A stretch of DNA of 53,150 nucleotides from Girardia tigrina (lineage: Eukaryota). Shown in pieces: positions 26,995-40,891 of the stretch. The stretch lies in NCBI GenBank assembly GCA_001938485.1, contig MQRK01173881.1:62001-115150 (forward strand). The letters are read 5' to 3'. The number at the start of each line of letters is the position of its first letter. Position 1 is the stretch's first letter. Under the pieces are notes generated by a model. It ran no database searches and was not told the origin of the DNA. It was given only the letters and a program-made list of their open reading frames with translations. A program made the position numbers and the translations under genes.

Positions 26995-27733
26995 TATTAG
27001 GCCCACTACTTATTGGTAACACCGCATATTATATTAAGATAATATCGGAAAAAAATATATATTGTATTTGATCAATTAATATTATAAAAGCAAAATCTAT
27101 TTCTATCACTATAATATGAATGTTATATTCAGTTAAAGTCTTCCAAAGGGTTCGTAAGTAAATAAATAAAATAAAGAATGAATTTGATATATAAATCGAA
27201 AATTATTTTTATCGTAGAAAGAATCGGGGTGGACATTTTATTGATTTTTAATTATCTTTTTATTGTGTATGGTGATAAATTTTATAATGATATTCTAAAT
27301 ATATATAAATCATATTTTAGTAATTTAAATTATTTAACTATTATCTGTTAGCAAAACAATATATAAGATTAAATAAAATATAATTTATTAAAATTTAAAT
27401 TATAGATCAAATATTTGTTTTATATATCAAAGTCCTTCGAGTTATCACAGATAAATGATATGCAAAATCTAAAGAATCGTTCATAATTAATGATGATTAT
27501 TATTATGAAAATATTATTATTAATATAATTTTTTAAATTGTTATTATTTACGATGATAATTATCTGCTAGATGCTGCTTGCTTTTTAATTTTAATTTTTT
27601 AATTATTTATTCTGTTATGAAAATAAATATATCCAACAGTTTTATGTAATTTTTTTGCAATAGAATAATTTCATTTTATATTTTCAAATTGTTTAATAAC
27701 CAAATGAAAAGATTAATTAATTTATCTATTTAG

Positions 27734-28255
27734 AATACTAAATCAGATCAATTATTTTCAAAAGATTTTGACATGAGTATGTGCAATAGTACAAATCAAG
27801 GGTCGTGTAGAGACTGTCAGAACGATAAATACCTTCAGGTTTTGATGAACGAATGGACAAACCAATTACAGAAGCTTCACCCATCCTGGCAATATTCATC
27901 CAATGTGTCGTTACCCTATGACTCGTGGACGTACGGGCCAGAAATGTTTTGTTCTAGCATTTACTGTTCTAAAGATTTTTCAACTGTTTCTTTTTTACCT
28001 TACTCTAATTACACAATTAATTCTTTATCGGGTCTAAATGTTGGAACTCCTCAAATCAGTTATCATCAAAACCAGCCACAAGTTCAATATCGTCAAACTA
28101 CACCTGTTTATCAATCTGGTTGCATTGAACAGAATATGTTAAACTTTCATTCAAAGTCGAAGAGTTCAGAGTTTTGCGTACTTAACGATACCCACAGATC
28201 TACCGATTACAATAAGCAAAGTTCTTTGGACAATATCTTTTCCAAACAAAATAAC
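27734..28255 (+). CDS. CSRNP: CSRNP-family gene, penultimate exon (174 codons)
   Basis: Acceptor tatttag ends at 27733; open frame NTKSDQ...GSCRDCQND...SKQNN; donor aac|gtaagt at 28256. Phase 0/0 matches both neighbouring exons. Linkage to CSRNP is inferred from phase and strand. Confidence 0.78.
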
Positions 28256-28508
28256 GTAAGTTTCGGTTATTTATATATTTAGAAATAATAAACTAAAAAC
28301 ATTTAAATATATTACGTTTGGATTGTTTTTAACTTGTTCGAATACTATAATTCAAAAATTTTAGGTGTTCCCATATATTTGTCTAACCCTTAGGATACAT
28401 GATATCTCGATGGTGGTATATTTTGTCCCCAGTCTTATTTTATATACAATGTTGTTGTATATATTTGTTCCAACATGCTTTTTTTTGGTAAAGTATTGTT
28501 GTTTATTT

Positions 28509-28550
<42 letters not shown>

Positions 28551-29165
28551 TATTACAAGATATTTTTATTTGAAAATTTTGAAATTTAGAAAAGAACAAA
28601 AGATTTAGAAGAAGAATACATACTGTTGCGGAAAGTGGTGATTTTTTTAAAGTTATTTGTTGATCATAGCCATTTTGCAAGCACAGAAAATGTTGATTTC
28701 TCGTCCGATAGCAGTTTTAACGAACAAAGCCATAATAACACGTGGAATTATTTCACAGATTTGAACGTTCGCATTTCAAGGAATGACTAATGTCGCACTC
28801 GGTGAACTTTTTAATTTATCATATGAAAAGTTTATTTGGAGCGATTGGCATACTCAAAACGGAAGAAGTATCTATTAATTGATGAACCAATTTTGAAAGT
28901 CTTTAATGACTTCAAAAATAGAGAAATGTTAGAATATTTACTGGAAGTTGCTTACAACTTTTATATGGATTAAATAGAAACAAAAAATTTTGATGATAAT
29001 ATTAAAATAAAATATATATTCCTTTTTTTAATATATAGTTTATTTAATTTTGGATCAATTTAAACCGCAATTATTTATAGAAATTGTATACTTGAACAAA
29101 TATTTTCAATAACATTGTATATACAAAAAATAATATGGCTGAAATACTGGTTCAAGATGTCTGCC

Positions 29166-29210
<45 letters not shown>

Positions 29211-30191
29211 GATTGTAAATTTTTGTGTTCGATTTGAAATAAAATTCAATGAAATACATTTTAAACAAAATATTTATGTTATTTGCATGTAACATTAATT
29301 TCTACTATCATTTTTGACAATTTTAAGATTTTCTAGATTACTTTTTCTTCAAAGGAGGCTCTAAGGTAGTTTCTGACCCATTCCGTGTAATCAAAAGTTT
29401 TGTTCTTACAGTGTTTTATCTACTTCAGTTACTACATAATAATTGCAATAGCAAAGTCAGGGTGATATATTCGGTGCAGCAAGATATCCCATTTTAACTC
29501 TTATTTTCGCAGCGTCTGTTTGGAGACATCTGGTCTATGATCTACTGTTATCATGGTACAAAAGGACACCTTTTGATCTATCTAATTTGGGGCATTTAGT
29601 TTGAATTTGCTCAATTAACTTTTTTTGAGAATATTTTGATTCATTTTACTTTAAAATAACTGCTAGAATATAATATGTCAATACAAAAAACTGCCATATC
29701 ATATGATTTTTTAGTAGTGAAAAAATAAATAAATATTACAAAAAATAGATTCTCAAATTTCATTAATTATAGTTTACAAAAACTGCTTTAAAAAATAAGA
29801 AATTTAAAATTTTATCTGGTAAACGAGAACAAACTTTAATGTATGAGCTTGACCATTATTCGGTGGAATAATCTGCAAACTAAAACTCTATATTTTTGTT
29901 AAAGTATGAGGAAAATAAGTAATTCTGGTAATCCTGTAATTTCTAGTTATAACAGTAAAAGTCTTGTTGATATATTGTCTTATGGACCAGTCGGATTATG
30001 AGTGATGATTCAAAAGGGTTATTCGTCAAATAATCTCATTAAAATTATCTAACAATTTCATACCAACGTTTACGAAATAGATGAACGATTGCTTTACGAT
30101 ACTTCTTTTTTCTTAATTAATACAGTTCTTTACAAGTATAGGCACAGCCTATAGGCAGCAATGTTCCTTGTGTTTATGATACGTGCTGAAA

Positions 30192-30228
<37 letters not shown>

Positions 30229-30654
30229 NNNNNNNNNNNNNNNNNNNNNNNNNNNNNNNNNNNNNNNNNNNNNNNNNNNNNNNNNNNNNNNNNNNNNNNN
30301 NNNNNNNNNNNNNNNNNNNNNNNNNNNNNNNNNNNNNNNNNNNNNNNNNNNNNNNNNNNNNNNNNNNNNNNNNNNNNNNNNNNNNNNNNNNNNNNNNNNN
30401 NNNNNNNNNNNNNNNNNNNNNNNNNNNNNNNNNNNNNNNNNNNNNNNNNNNNNNNNNNNNNNNNNNNNNNNNNNNNNNNNNNNNNNNNNNNNNNNNNNNN
30501 NNNNNNNNNNNNNNNNNNNNNNNNNNNNNNNNNNNNNNNNNNNNNNNNNNNNNNNNNNNNNNNNNNNNNNNNNNNNNNNNNNNNNNNNNNNNNNNNNNNN
30601 NNNNNNNNNNNNNNNNNNNNNNNNNNNNNNNNNNNNNNNNNNNNNNNNNNNNNN

Positions 30655-30685
<31 letters not shown>

Positions 30686-30719
30686 GTTATATATAATTCA
30701 TAATCTTGTTAATTAATTA

Positions 30720-31080
30720 TTTATAATTGTACATCAACCAGAATGTCATCTACACATCCAGAAAATGGATTTCGGATCATGGATAAAATTTTATCAATTT
30801 TCAATCAACTCTGCTCAAAATCTGTCATAAGTGCAAAGATATTGTTATGAAATTCTTCAATCTTTTCTCTTGTAATATGTGAAGATATGATCTCCAAATT
30901 TGGAAAATTTTCAAGTTTGGGTTCAATCAGATTTCTAGAGAAACGTTCGTTTCATGTGAAAAGATTTTAACTTTTATTATTAAATTTTTATTATTGAAAG
31001 TTTGGTAACTGATATTAAAAAATTAATCGCGGGCCGCATATATTTGTTACGTTCGCCCTGTATTGTTCATGCTTAGATTA
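30720..31080 (-). mobile_element. hAT (Buster/Charlie-like) transposase fragment
   Basis: Minus strand reads NFPNLEII..FALMTDFE..MIRNPF..VDDILVDVQL, with a gcggcccgcg subterminal motif near 31030. Confidence 0.45.
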
Positions 31081-31964
31081 ACCTTCCCGAGGATAATCGC
31101 TGCTAATCTCAATTACATATTATAGACAGTATAATTTATTGCAACTTTCTCCGACATTTTAAATTTTAAAACCTCAGAATCAGGTTCAAGTCATCCTATA
31201 AAGGAAATTCGAATCCGGTTCTAAGGACAACGAGCTACTAAATCCGATTTCTAAAGATTTGATTCGAAAATCTTTGTTATAATTAAAATTGATAAATATT
31301 TATATAATTTATATAAAACATTTCTTGATAAATGACTAAGTAAATGATTTGGTATAGCAATATCGCATATCGTTTCAAATAAGCAACCTGCAATATAACT
31401 ATTATCCATTAGTAATTTCCGGTATTCCGATGACTGTCCGGATCGCGTATTCAGTGGACGGTGCTTCGTCGACACAATTAATAAGCAATTTTATGAATCT
31501 CATATAGATAATAGTCGCATTTTGGTTTTGTTAATTATTTTGTATTAATTGAATTTATAACAATTCATATTTATTAAAGTTTTCTACCAGTTTTCTATCA
31601 TTCCATTTTCGTCTGGTTAATTTTGTCTGGTTTATTGCCATTTTATACTATGAATAAGTTAATTAATTATTTAATTACTTAATATTATAATATAATGAAA
31701 AAAAGTTTAGTTGAAAATTGTTTTTGTAATTATAAAAAATTGATAGATTTTTTTTTCGTTAACTTTTAGATATTGTGTAAAAACTAGTTTGAAATATTTA
31801 TTATTAAACTATTATTTGTCGAGTTGATAATATAAAATTTATATTATTTTATTTATTGTTAACGTAATCGTTTAATTAAATTTATCTATCAAACATTTGT
31901 GTAAATCTTTATATTTCATAATATAAATGATAAATATAAAAATCCCAAATATTTAACTTTAATA

Positions 31965-33216
31965 TTAGATTCGGGAAAAATTAATCCATTATTTTAATTC
32001 ATTATTTATCGATCAAACAATTTCAAATTTACGCTCTTTGTCAAGGTAATATTTCACAGTAATTTCACAAAAAAAATTTTGCTTTTTTTATTCAGTTCTG
32101 AGTTACAGGGTGTTAAAAATGGAAGTTACCAAAGAAAAAATTCGGTACATTTTACAGTTTTTATTCGATAAAGGCGAAAATGCAAGCCAGGCGGCTGTTA
32201 TTGTGAATGGTGTTTATGGTGCCAATGCTGTAACAGCTAATTACATGCAATTTTGGTTTCGTCGATTCCGTGGAGGCATTTTTTATCTTAAAGATGCACC
32301 TCGCACAGACAGGCCTATCCTTGAAAATGTCGATAAAATCTCGGTAATGATCGAAGTTGATCGGCATGTTAGTAGTCGTAGCATCGCAAAGGAGCTGAAG
32401 ATCGACCACAAAACAGTTTTAAACCATTTGGGAAAAGCAGGATTCAAAAAGAAACTTGATGTTTGGGTTCCACACCAATTAACACCAAAAAACATGATGG
32501 ATCGAATTTCCATCTGCGAAGCCTTGGTCAAACGAAATGAAATCGACCCATTTCTAAACGGATGGTTACTGGGGATGAGAAATGGGAAATTGAGAAATAT
32601 TGTACGAAAACGATCGTGGTCAAAGCACGGTGAAGCACCTCAAACGGTTACCAAACCAGGACTAACGGCCAGGAAGGTTCTACTGTGTATTTGGTAGGAC
32701 TGGAAAGGAATCATTTATTATGAGTTGCTTCCGTATGGTCAAACACTAAATTCAGATCTGTACTGTCATCAACTGGACCGTTTGAAGATAGCAATTGATG
32801 AGAAACGACCAGAATTGGCCAACAGAAGAGATGTTGTGTTCCATCACGACAACACCAGACCACATACGTCTGTAGTGACTCGCCAAAAACTCAGGGAGCT
32901 TGGTTGGGAAGTTTTAATACATCCACCATATAGTCCGGACCTGGCACCAAGCGATTACCACCTTTTTCTCGCATTGCAAAATTTCCTGAGTGATAAGAAA
33001 TTTGCATCAATAGAAGATTGAAAATCGATTACTACAGTTTTTCGCCAATAAGTACCAAGACTTCTACGAGAGAGGCATTATGAAGCTACCTTCAAAATGG
33101 CAACTAATTATACAACAAAATGGTGCATTTCTGACTCTAAGAGGACAATCCGAAACATGTTAAATAAAGTTTTGAATTTCACGCCAAAATAATGGATTTC
33201 TTTTTCCCCAACCTAA
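31965..33216 (+). mobile_element. Near full-length mariner (mellifera-like) with frameshifted D,D34D transposase
   Basis: TA at 31963-31964 and 33217-33218. TIR ttagattcgggaaaaattaatccattattt pairs with aaataatggatttctttttccccaacctaa. ATG 32119 MEVTKEKIRYILQF, WVPHQL, HHDNTRPHTS, HPPYSPDLAPSDYHLF. Confidence 0.95.
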
Positions 33217-36200
33217 TAATTTTTGTTTAGAATTTGTTTAATCATATATTATATCATATCATATAATATATCTGTAATTCTAATTTGAGATGTTAATCAG
33301 GAGATAGGGTACCTGACCAAGACTTAATTCACATTGCACTACAATGTTGATTTGATTCCCTTAACGTGATAGAACTTAGAAAATTCAATTAGTGAAAGCG
33401 AAATCGAAGGGGAGATCATGGAACAAATACGTACCACATTTACTTCTTTAAAGGACTGTGATTAGATTTTACTATGAAATGGTCTAAATGCTCTAGGTTT
33501 TGTAACATTAGAATCGTGTCATTTACATTTGATGTGAGAAAATCCCTTTCCGTTCTAAATTTTATATAAAAATTTGATTGGCAGAGGCGCCATAACTGGT
33601 AAATTGAATGAGCTAAGGGTCATTCAAAATTCAGATTATGGAATTGGACACTGCAGATTGATTAAGTTTCTTAAGATTTTAAATTAGAATAGTTTTAAAC
33701 TTAATACAACATAGATTGGAAACACTCATCACCTTTTATGAGAATTCAGAAACAGGGCCATTTAACACTACAGAAAAGTCAAAGTTTTGTTACTCATAAT
33801 TTAAAGTATAAATATAAAAAATATTAAATTTGTTTGAAACAAGTAGCCTATAATGTAATATGTTACAAACCCGATCGTTGAAATCTAAGATTAGCGCACT
33901 AAGACTGTTTTCGGTAACTTTTTAGGGTTGTTGGACGAGATTATTTAACATTTATGGCATAGGCAATGTGACAGTACACAAGTGTATAATCAGAATTTCT
34001 TTGTCAAAAGATGATTTATAACCATCACGATTTTCTATCAATGAAGAAAAACTATTTTCAAAGTGGCGTGTTGTACATCAAATGGCCGAGGTATTGTTTC
34101 CTCTGTCAGCAGAAATCTCAACAGACAGCGTGAGAATATCTCTTTCTCTGCCTTGCTGATTTTCATTGTATAAATTTTGGAATTATACAGCAATAACTTT
34201 TATATTACACATTTCATTCTTTTATAAACTCAAGGTTCATAATTTCTTTCAAAATTATATTATGGACGAATAGTATTGCACTTTCACACAGGTGCAGTTA
34301 ATTTACCCCAATCCAAGCCGAAAAGCCGGAGGTTTTGTCTCATTTTTGCTCATAGCTACGCTTTGTGTTCAATAACTATATCTTCGTAACTCTTTAAGAC
34401 ACATCAGTTGTATGTAAAAAGACTTTCTTGTATAAATTACAATTGCATTGTGTTACAAATTGATAATAAGATTCTTAAAAGGGATTTATTTATGTCTACA
34501 ATATGTATTTTAGTTAAACAAATATAATACCAAATATATAATTACTTTTTGGACGACATATGTATTCTGTATAAGTGTTTAAAAATTGTGATCTGAGCAT
34601 CAAACATTTATTTATCGTAAACACCGTCATTTTGGTGACCCGTTAAATGCGCGCGCGACAAATTTTATATTATTATTTACTTATTGCTAAAAATATTTTT
34701 GAAATATAAAATTAAAAAAATGCTTTTGAAAATTTTTTATTATTAATTCGTTATTGCTAAAAATATAGCTCTTAATATTGACATTTAGATTGTCTCTTTT
34801 AGATAATTGTTTAATAGATAATAAGTTTGTGTTTGTTAATCTTTTGCTCCATTATATTAAATTAATATTGACATTATTTTTGAAATATAAAATTTATATT
34901 TCAAAGATATTTTTAGCATTAACTAATTAATAATAAATTTTCAAAAACATATATGCAATCCCCTTTTAGCGCATTTGTCTGGGTACCTGTCGTTTTATCG
35001 AGTAATTATCATCAAAAATTACTTCTTTGAACAATCAATATACTAACAAATAATAATCTACATAAGGTATTTTGAAGAGAGGTGTAATATTGTTCCAGTG
35101 AAATATTTCTATATAATAAATAAACAAAATCAGTGATTTTTTGGTAGAATTATTATTTTGCCAATATTGAAGGACAAATCTGATACAAGACTAGTGTCTA
35201 CATCTAGAAACTTAGAATACTTAATTTAACCTTCATGGAACATCCACTTTCAAACGGTTCATTTGACCCTTCACTTATTAGTTTGGCCAGGTCTCTTTCC
35301 TTAGGGATTCTGGGTTCACTCATTTTCCACAAAGAATGAGTTAATATAATAAGTGCTGTTTCATATATGAAATATTTATATTGCTTTCCAATAATTTAAA
35401 AACTACTAGGGCGTCAAAGTATAGTAGTATAGGGGACTATAGTTCATATATTTGATAAAATTCATTCTAATTTTGTGTAATTCCCCTCTGTGCAAAGCGA
35501 TGTTTCTAAACTATCTACACTGCAGCAATGTGGATTGAGTCTGGAATCTACAAGACCGAGCAAAACATGTTCATTTACTTTACAACTATCAAATTTTCTT
35601 TGACAAATGACATTTTATTTTTTTTCTCGTTATTTTCTATATTTAATTTTAAAAATGGTAATTGGTAAATGCATACTAATTGGACATTCGTTAATATGTA
35701 ATAAATTAATTTTAATTATATTTTATCATATGGTGCAATATCACTGGGATTATTTCGAATGAACTTCATAACCAATTTTTAAAAAAAATTGTTGCATATG
35801 CAATTACTGAATCTGTGAATAGTCGGTTGTTCCTTTCACGTACCACAAGGATGATGAGACTAAACTCTTAAGTTACAATAAACAACGCTGGTAGTGGATT
35901 TTAGTGTTCGGTAAAAGTCTAGAAGATCCATTCTGCTTTTCAATTCAAAAAAGGATTTATTCTTGAAAATCGAATTCACAAAGTTTATTTAATGTTATCT
36001 CAAAGAACAATCATCTAGTTTGGCAAACTTCGATTAATGTACGATATTTAAAAAAATCAAAAAATAGTTAAATCTTTGATCTTCTGACCTTACGACCCCC
36101 TGATATAAATAAAAATTTAAATCAAACCTGCTGGATAGACCAAAAAATGGCTGAGTTCCCAACTCTGATAATTTTCATTCAATGTTTATTTGAATTATAA

Positions 36201-36516
36201 ATTAATAATAACTAATTGGAGTTGTGACCCCAATTTTAAAAATGACTATAACTAGATTGTTTGTTATAGTAGTAAATAGCTCGTTGAAACTCCAAAATTC
36301 GTTACTCTATCTGCTTTCAACTTAATATTTTGTCATTGTGATTATAAAAACCTTTTGTACAATTTTAGGTACAAAAGAATCACGTTGCTTAAGTTAAACT
36401 ATAAATCAAAAAATTTAATTTTTTATATCCATTCTTTATGCAGACAAAAAACTCTACTTTGCAAACAAAGTTTTTAAAATTTTAAAAATTTAAATTAAAT
36501 AAACACATTAAAAATT

Positions 36517-36733
36517 AATATAAACTACTTATAATTTATAAGTAGATATCTCGCAATTAATATTGTTCGGGAACTCTGAATTTTCCGTTTTTTCCCACTT
36601 TGGGATCTTAAAAAATTTTTTTCGATCAAATTTCTACATAATCATTTATTGTCATTAAGAATGAGTAAACGTACAAAGTTTAAAAAAAATCGATTGAATA
36701 AAAAGCCTTCAAAAACAGGTTTCTAAATTTCAT

Positions 36734-36766
<33 letters not shown>
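36517..36766. repeat. Second copy of the 12311-12830 dispersed repeat, ending in (TA)n
   Basis: Co-linear similarity to 12311-12444 and 12700-12795, without the insertion. Confidence 0.6.
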
Positions 36767-36769
<3 letters not shown>

Positions 36770-38039
36770 TTCAACCGGAACTTTTAGACATACAGATGTA
36801 CCGCATATTGGAAATTCTATGATGATGTTCTTGAAGACTCCTGTTTTTAGAAATCATTGGTTATGAATGATTAAACTATGAGAACGAATTCACTTTATTA
36901 AATTGTTCAACAAATTAATATTAACTTTTTGTATTTATACGCCCTATCTAAAATCTGTGATCTTATGTGCATTAATTTTCCAGTAGTTTTATCTTTTGGA
37001 CAACAGTATTATAGATACATTGAAGGTTGGATAGAAGGGGAACTTTTTTGAAGAAATTCATCTGAAAGCATGATTAAATCAGGATAGAAGGGTAAAAAAT
37101 CACACTTTACCTACTGGAGATGGGCATTTCGATTTCGGTTAGAAGTTTGTGTCCCTATCTGACACGAGCAAGTCAGGAAAGGGTTTAAAGGATGTATTAT
37201 AGAAGTGATCCGACTTTGTATATTTAAAATTAAAAAACAATGTCCAAGAAATTAACAAAGACATTATTCTAGACGTACCCTTCAGCATCATACAAAGATG
37301 ACATCAGTGTTATAAATTAGATAAGACGATATTCTTTAATAAAGATATGTTAGGATGCTCTTTAATTCTCTTAAACCTGAAGATTAATGGGAAGTCTAGT
37401 TATGAGACTTAGGATTATTGAAAGAAAATCGTAATCGAATATTACAAAAATTAGTTTTCGGGAATTCGAATATAAAAACGAAATTAATAACAAAAAAAAT
37501 ATTTTTTTATATTTACATGTTGATTGTTTGTATAAATTGGATTAATTATGCACCCCCGCTCAACAAGATTTTTTAGTTCTTGTAGTTTGATTAGAGAGAT
37601 CCTTTTGTATTCAGTAGATCCGAAGATAATTTGCTCTAAACTTTCACTGCATTTTTACAATTTAGTTCAATTGAAAAATTGAAAGATGATTTTAAGTTTA
37701 ATTATCAAAAAAACATTTAAATTAAAAGCAAATATGTATTAATTATTTTCACTGATAATAATACTTTAAGGAAAAAAAGAAATAAAAGTTCTTGTTCCTA
37801 ATTAAACATGTTCAAAGATCTCCTGTTAGGATTGTTAGAAACTTGAAATCCTTTGATCTCACATTTAAAAGGATTTATTAAGTCTTTGACATTTAATATG
37901 TTTGGCAATCTTCTATTTCGTTTTTATAGAAAAGAAATATGATTTATTTATATTTTCAATTATCAAATAGACGATTATATTGTTTATTATTATTCCTTAT
38001 TCTTTTTTTAAACTGTTTTCTGATTGTCTTTCGCTATAG

Positions 38040-38693
38040 ATTTCGCCAGATACCTGTGTCATGAACGCTGAGCACTCCGACGCTCAGGTTCAGTCTTCGT
38101 CTTATGTGTCTCGTCCCAATAATTTTCACTTATCCATGGCAAAATGTGAATCAAATGATCACTTCCCATATCAATCTCGTAATCCCAAAATGTATTGTAA
38201 CACAAAAGACATATGTAAATATGATATTGGATTTGTCGACACCTTCAACAATACAACCACATCTAAACAACCATGTTTTAATTCATCAGAATTTGTAAAT
38301 ACGATTCATTATTCTTTGTCAAAGTCTAATGACACTACAAACTTAACAAACCATTGTGATGACTCAAATGTATTAAACGAATCTACAAGTATGTCCTGGT
38401 CTGACGATGAAGACGCAATCTCTGACGGTCAGGATCCGAGGATCGCGACGGCACCCAATGGTCAATTGTATACTGTTTTACAGCCAGTTTCTCAATCAAG
38501 AATCGTTTCAACTTTCTATCAAAATTCTCAGGCAATTGACTCATGCAAAATTTGCAAATTCAAGTCGCCTGATACGAGGCAGCAGCGATTGAACAGTTTC
38601 TGTGTTTCAGATTTTTCTATAACGAATGACATGTACCATCACCAGGCACTCCCGATGAAGTGCCCCACCGACAAGTCGGAGGTTTGCGCCTGA
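38040..38693 (+). CDS. CSRNP: CSRNP-family gene, terminal coding exon (Ser/Asn-rich C-terminus)
   Basis: Pyrimidine tract plus ctatag acceptor ending at 38039; phase 0 in frame with the 210 aa ORF to TGA at 38691-38693. AATAAA at 38805 and 38845. Linkage to CSRNP is inferred from phase and strand. Confidence 0.75.
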   Translation: MSPDTCVMNAEHSDAQVQSSSYVSRPNNFHLSMAKCESNDHFPYQSRNPKMYCNTKDICKYDIGFVDTFNNTTTSKQPCFNSSEFVNTIHYSLSKSNDTTNLTNHCDDSNVLNESTSMSWSDDEDAISDGQDPRIATAPNGQLYTVLQPVSQSRIVSTFYQNSQAIDSCKICKFKSPDTRQQRLNSFCVSDFSITNDMYHHQALPMKCPTDKSEVCA

Positions 38694-38804
38694 AGAAGAA
38701 TAATCTCTGTGATATATATTCTCATGATAATTGTCGTCACATATTTAATTAACTCTTCTTATCCAATTGTAGTTTGCAAGACTTAGAGATAATGTACAAT
38801 ATTT

Positions 38805-38810
38805 AATAAA
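38805..38810 (+). promoter_or_regulatory. Candidate polyadenylation signal of the CSRNP gene
   Basis: AATAAA about 110 nt after the stop codon, second copy at 38845. The AT-rich background makes it weak evidence. Confidence 0.4.
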
Positions 38811-38904
38811 TATCAAAATATCCTAAATTATCCATTTATTTCATAAATAAAATCATTGTGATAATAATTATTACTATTTTATTATTATTATTTATTTATT
38901 ATTA

Positions 38905-39281
38905 GGAGTCATTCATAAATTACGTTACGTGATTTCTCCCTCCCTCGTCGTTACTACTCGTTCCAAAATAGTATACCCCTATGAAAGTGCGCCACAAATT
39001 TATGAGTTCCCTTCCCTCTTCATAATACGTTGATTTTTTGTATGTCAATATACTAACAGTTTAAATAATATTCTATTATTTTTAAGGCTGTTATATGTCG
39101 AAACTAAATTCTCACTATTAATTTATTACTTTTATAGCAAATGCATAAGGAGACGATTTTTTGATTTTTTTTTTAATGGGACATCCCATTTCAGAATACC
39201 TTTCTTCCCATCTTCATACATTATCACATTGAACTAAACCCCTTGTCGTTGTAGTGCGTGGCGTAGTTTATGAACGACCCC
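38905..39281. mobile_element. PIF/Harbinger-type MITE
   Basis: TTA TSD at 38902-38904 and 39282-39284. TIR ggagtcattcataaattacg pairs with cgtagtttatgaacgacccc. Confidence 0.75.
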
Positions 39282-39305
39282 TTATGTATTTATTATCATT
39301 ATTAT

Positions 39306-39615
39306 TAGGGGTTTTTTAACGTTTCCTGCTGGGTGTAAATGTGGGTGTACAGGGTAACATGTTTATTTTTACTGAAAAAAATTGTTACATCACTCATGCA
39401 CACTGGATTTAAAGGGTTAAGAACAAAAGAATGTCTTTTACTTATTAAAGAAGTATACAATTACAAATGACCTTGAGAAGGAGCGTGTATGTGCGAGAGG
39501 GAGAGAGAGTGGGTGGAATAGCAGTGTGTGTATTTTAATGAATCCATGCTTTACCTATAAATAAACAAATTTTTAGGTGTACATTGTACACCCAAAATGG
39601 CCATAAAAAACCCTG
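39306..39615. mobile_element. Probable hAT-type MITE
   Basis: Ends taggggttttttaa / ataaaaaaccctg with gggtgta / tacaccc subterminal inverted motifs; TSD imperfect. Confidence 0.4.
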
Positions 39616-39699
39616 AATAATTATTGATATTATTATTGGGAAAATAATATTTAAATAACACAGTAAATTGGTTTCAAAATTAATTACAACTGCAAATGG

Positions 39700-40860
39700 G
39701 TCACTCTAAACAAAATATTGAATTTGTTAAATGTCTGTGGATTGGTCTTGTAGAATATAAATACGGTTGTTTGGGTGAGTCGTCGTAATTGACGAAACAC
39801 TAATGCTAATCCCAGCCGATTAAATTGCCGTTTAGGATTACCCGGGAAAATATTTTTTTTCGGACGGAAAATTCAATTAAATCTCGGTTTTTGAATGTAA
39901 AATATCAATTTCGTCTTTGAATTTTTTCCAAGTAATTGTATATACGAAATGGTGGCCGAAAAAGATGTGCAGGCAATTTAATGCTGAAAGAGAGACTCAT
40001 TAATAATTCAATGAAGAATAATATTTGGCATTCGTGGAATTCTTGATAATGCGCACCGGTCGATCGACAAATAAATATCGGTCGCAGTCCCTCTTTGGGA
40101 ATCTGTTCAGTTTATGTCCGAGTCTCTTGGGGCCAGTTTCTTTGAGGACACCGTCCCCCGACAATCCGGTAAATAAAAGTTAAGTCGGATACAATCCGAT
40201 CATTGTGGTGAGCTCTGAACCCCTCTATGGTGACTGATCCATTGATTATTGTCAATTCTTCATAAATATTTATTTTGTATAAATTGTATTCCTTTACAAG
40301 TACCAAAATTCGATCTTTAAAGAATTATTTGTAAATTATTGTCCCTTAAGGACAGGATTTTCTTTGCTAATCTGAATAATGTAAGCAGATTTTTGAAATG
40401 ACAAATAAGTTAATATTCTATGGATCAAAATTTGCCAACTTCTCCCGACAAAAATTGAGCAATAATATCTTTTATTAATAATTGGTCACTTGAGTATCAG
40501 TTAGGACATTCCCAATTCGAACTAAGGTGGATAAATTTTAATTCTTTTTGTTGATTAAATTTATTTGGTATTCTCAACGATGCGGTGTCCCATGATGAGG
40601 GTTTGGACATTATTAACTATCTGCAGATGTATTTGTTAAGATAAATTTGGATAACTTTACCCGAATGAAGTAGTTTGCTTCCACCTTCTTATTTCTCTAG
40701 CTGACAATATTTCTAAAGATCGAGGTCCATAAGTTTATTTGATGTTCTTTTCTTTGACGAATGCAAAGAACGTTTTACGTTAATTTTTCTATTTTTATAA
40801 AACAGAAAGTTTGTAATAATAATTCACCCATATCTTTTAATTTGAACTTGGCACAGTAAA
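39700..40860 (-). mobile_element. Degenerate non-LTR (CR1-like) RT remnant
   Basis: Scattered minus-strand fragments such as NRLGLALVFRQLRRLTQTTVFIFYKT resembling a LINE RT C-terminus; heavily decayed. Confidence 0.3.
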
Positions 40861-40891
40861 CAAGAACACAAAAGTTCATATAAGGTAGATA

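Noticed and set aside
23342-30716. Long ORF-track entries spanning N runs (23342-23891 and 30161-30716; also 47166-48115)
   Set aside because: They consist of X residues from gaps and (TA)n-derived YIYIYI; not real ORFs.
34640-34985. Fold-back-like AT-rich segment with internal direct and inverted repeats
   Set aside because: Ends and TSD are not definable; probably a decayed MITE of little novelty.
38694-38880. ATTTA AU-rich elements in the CSRNP 3' UTR
   Set aside because: Expected by chance at this AT content.
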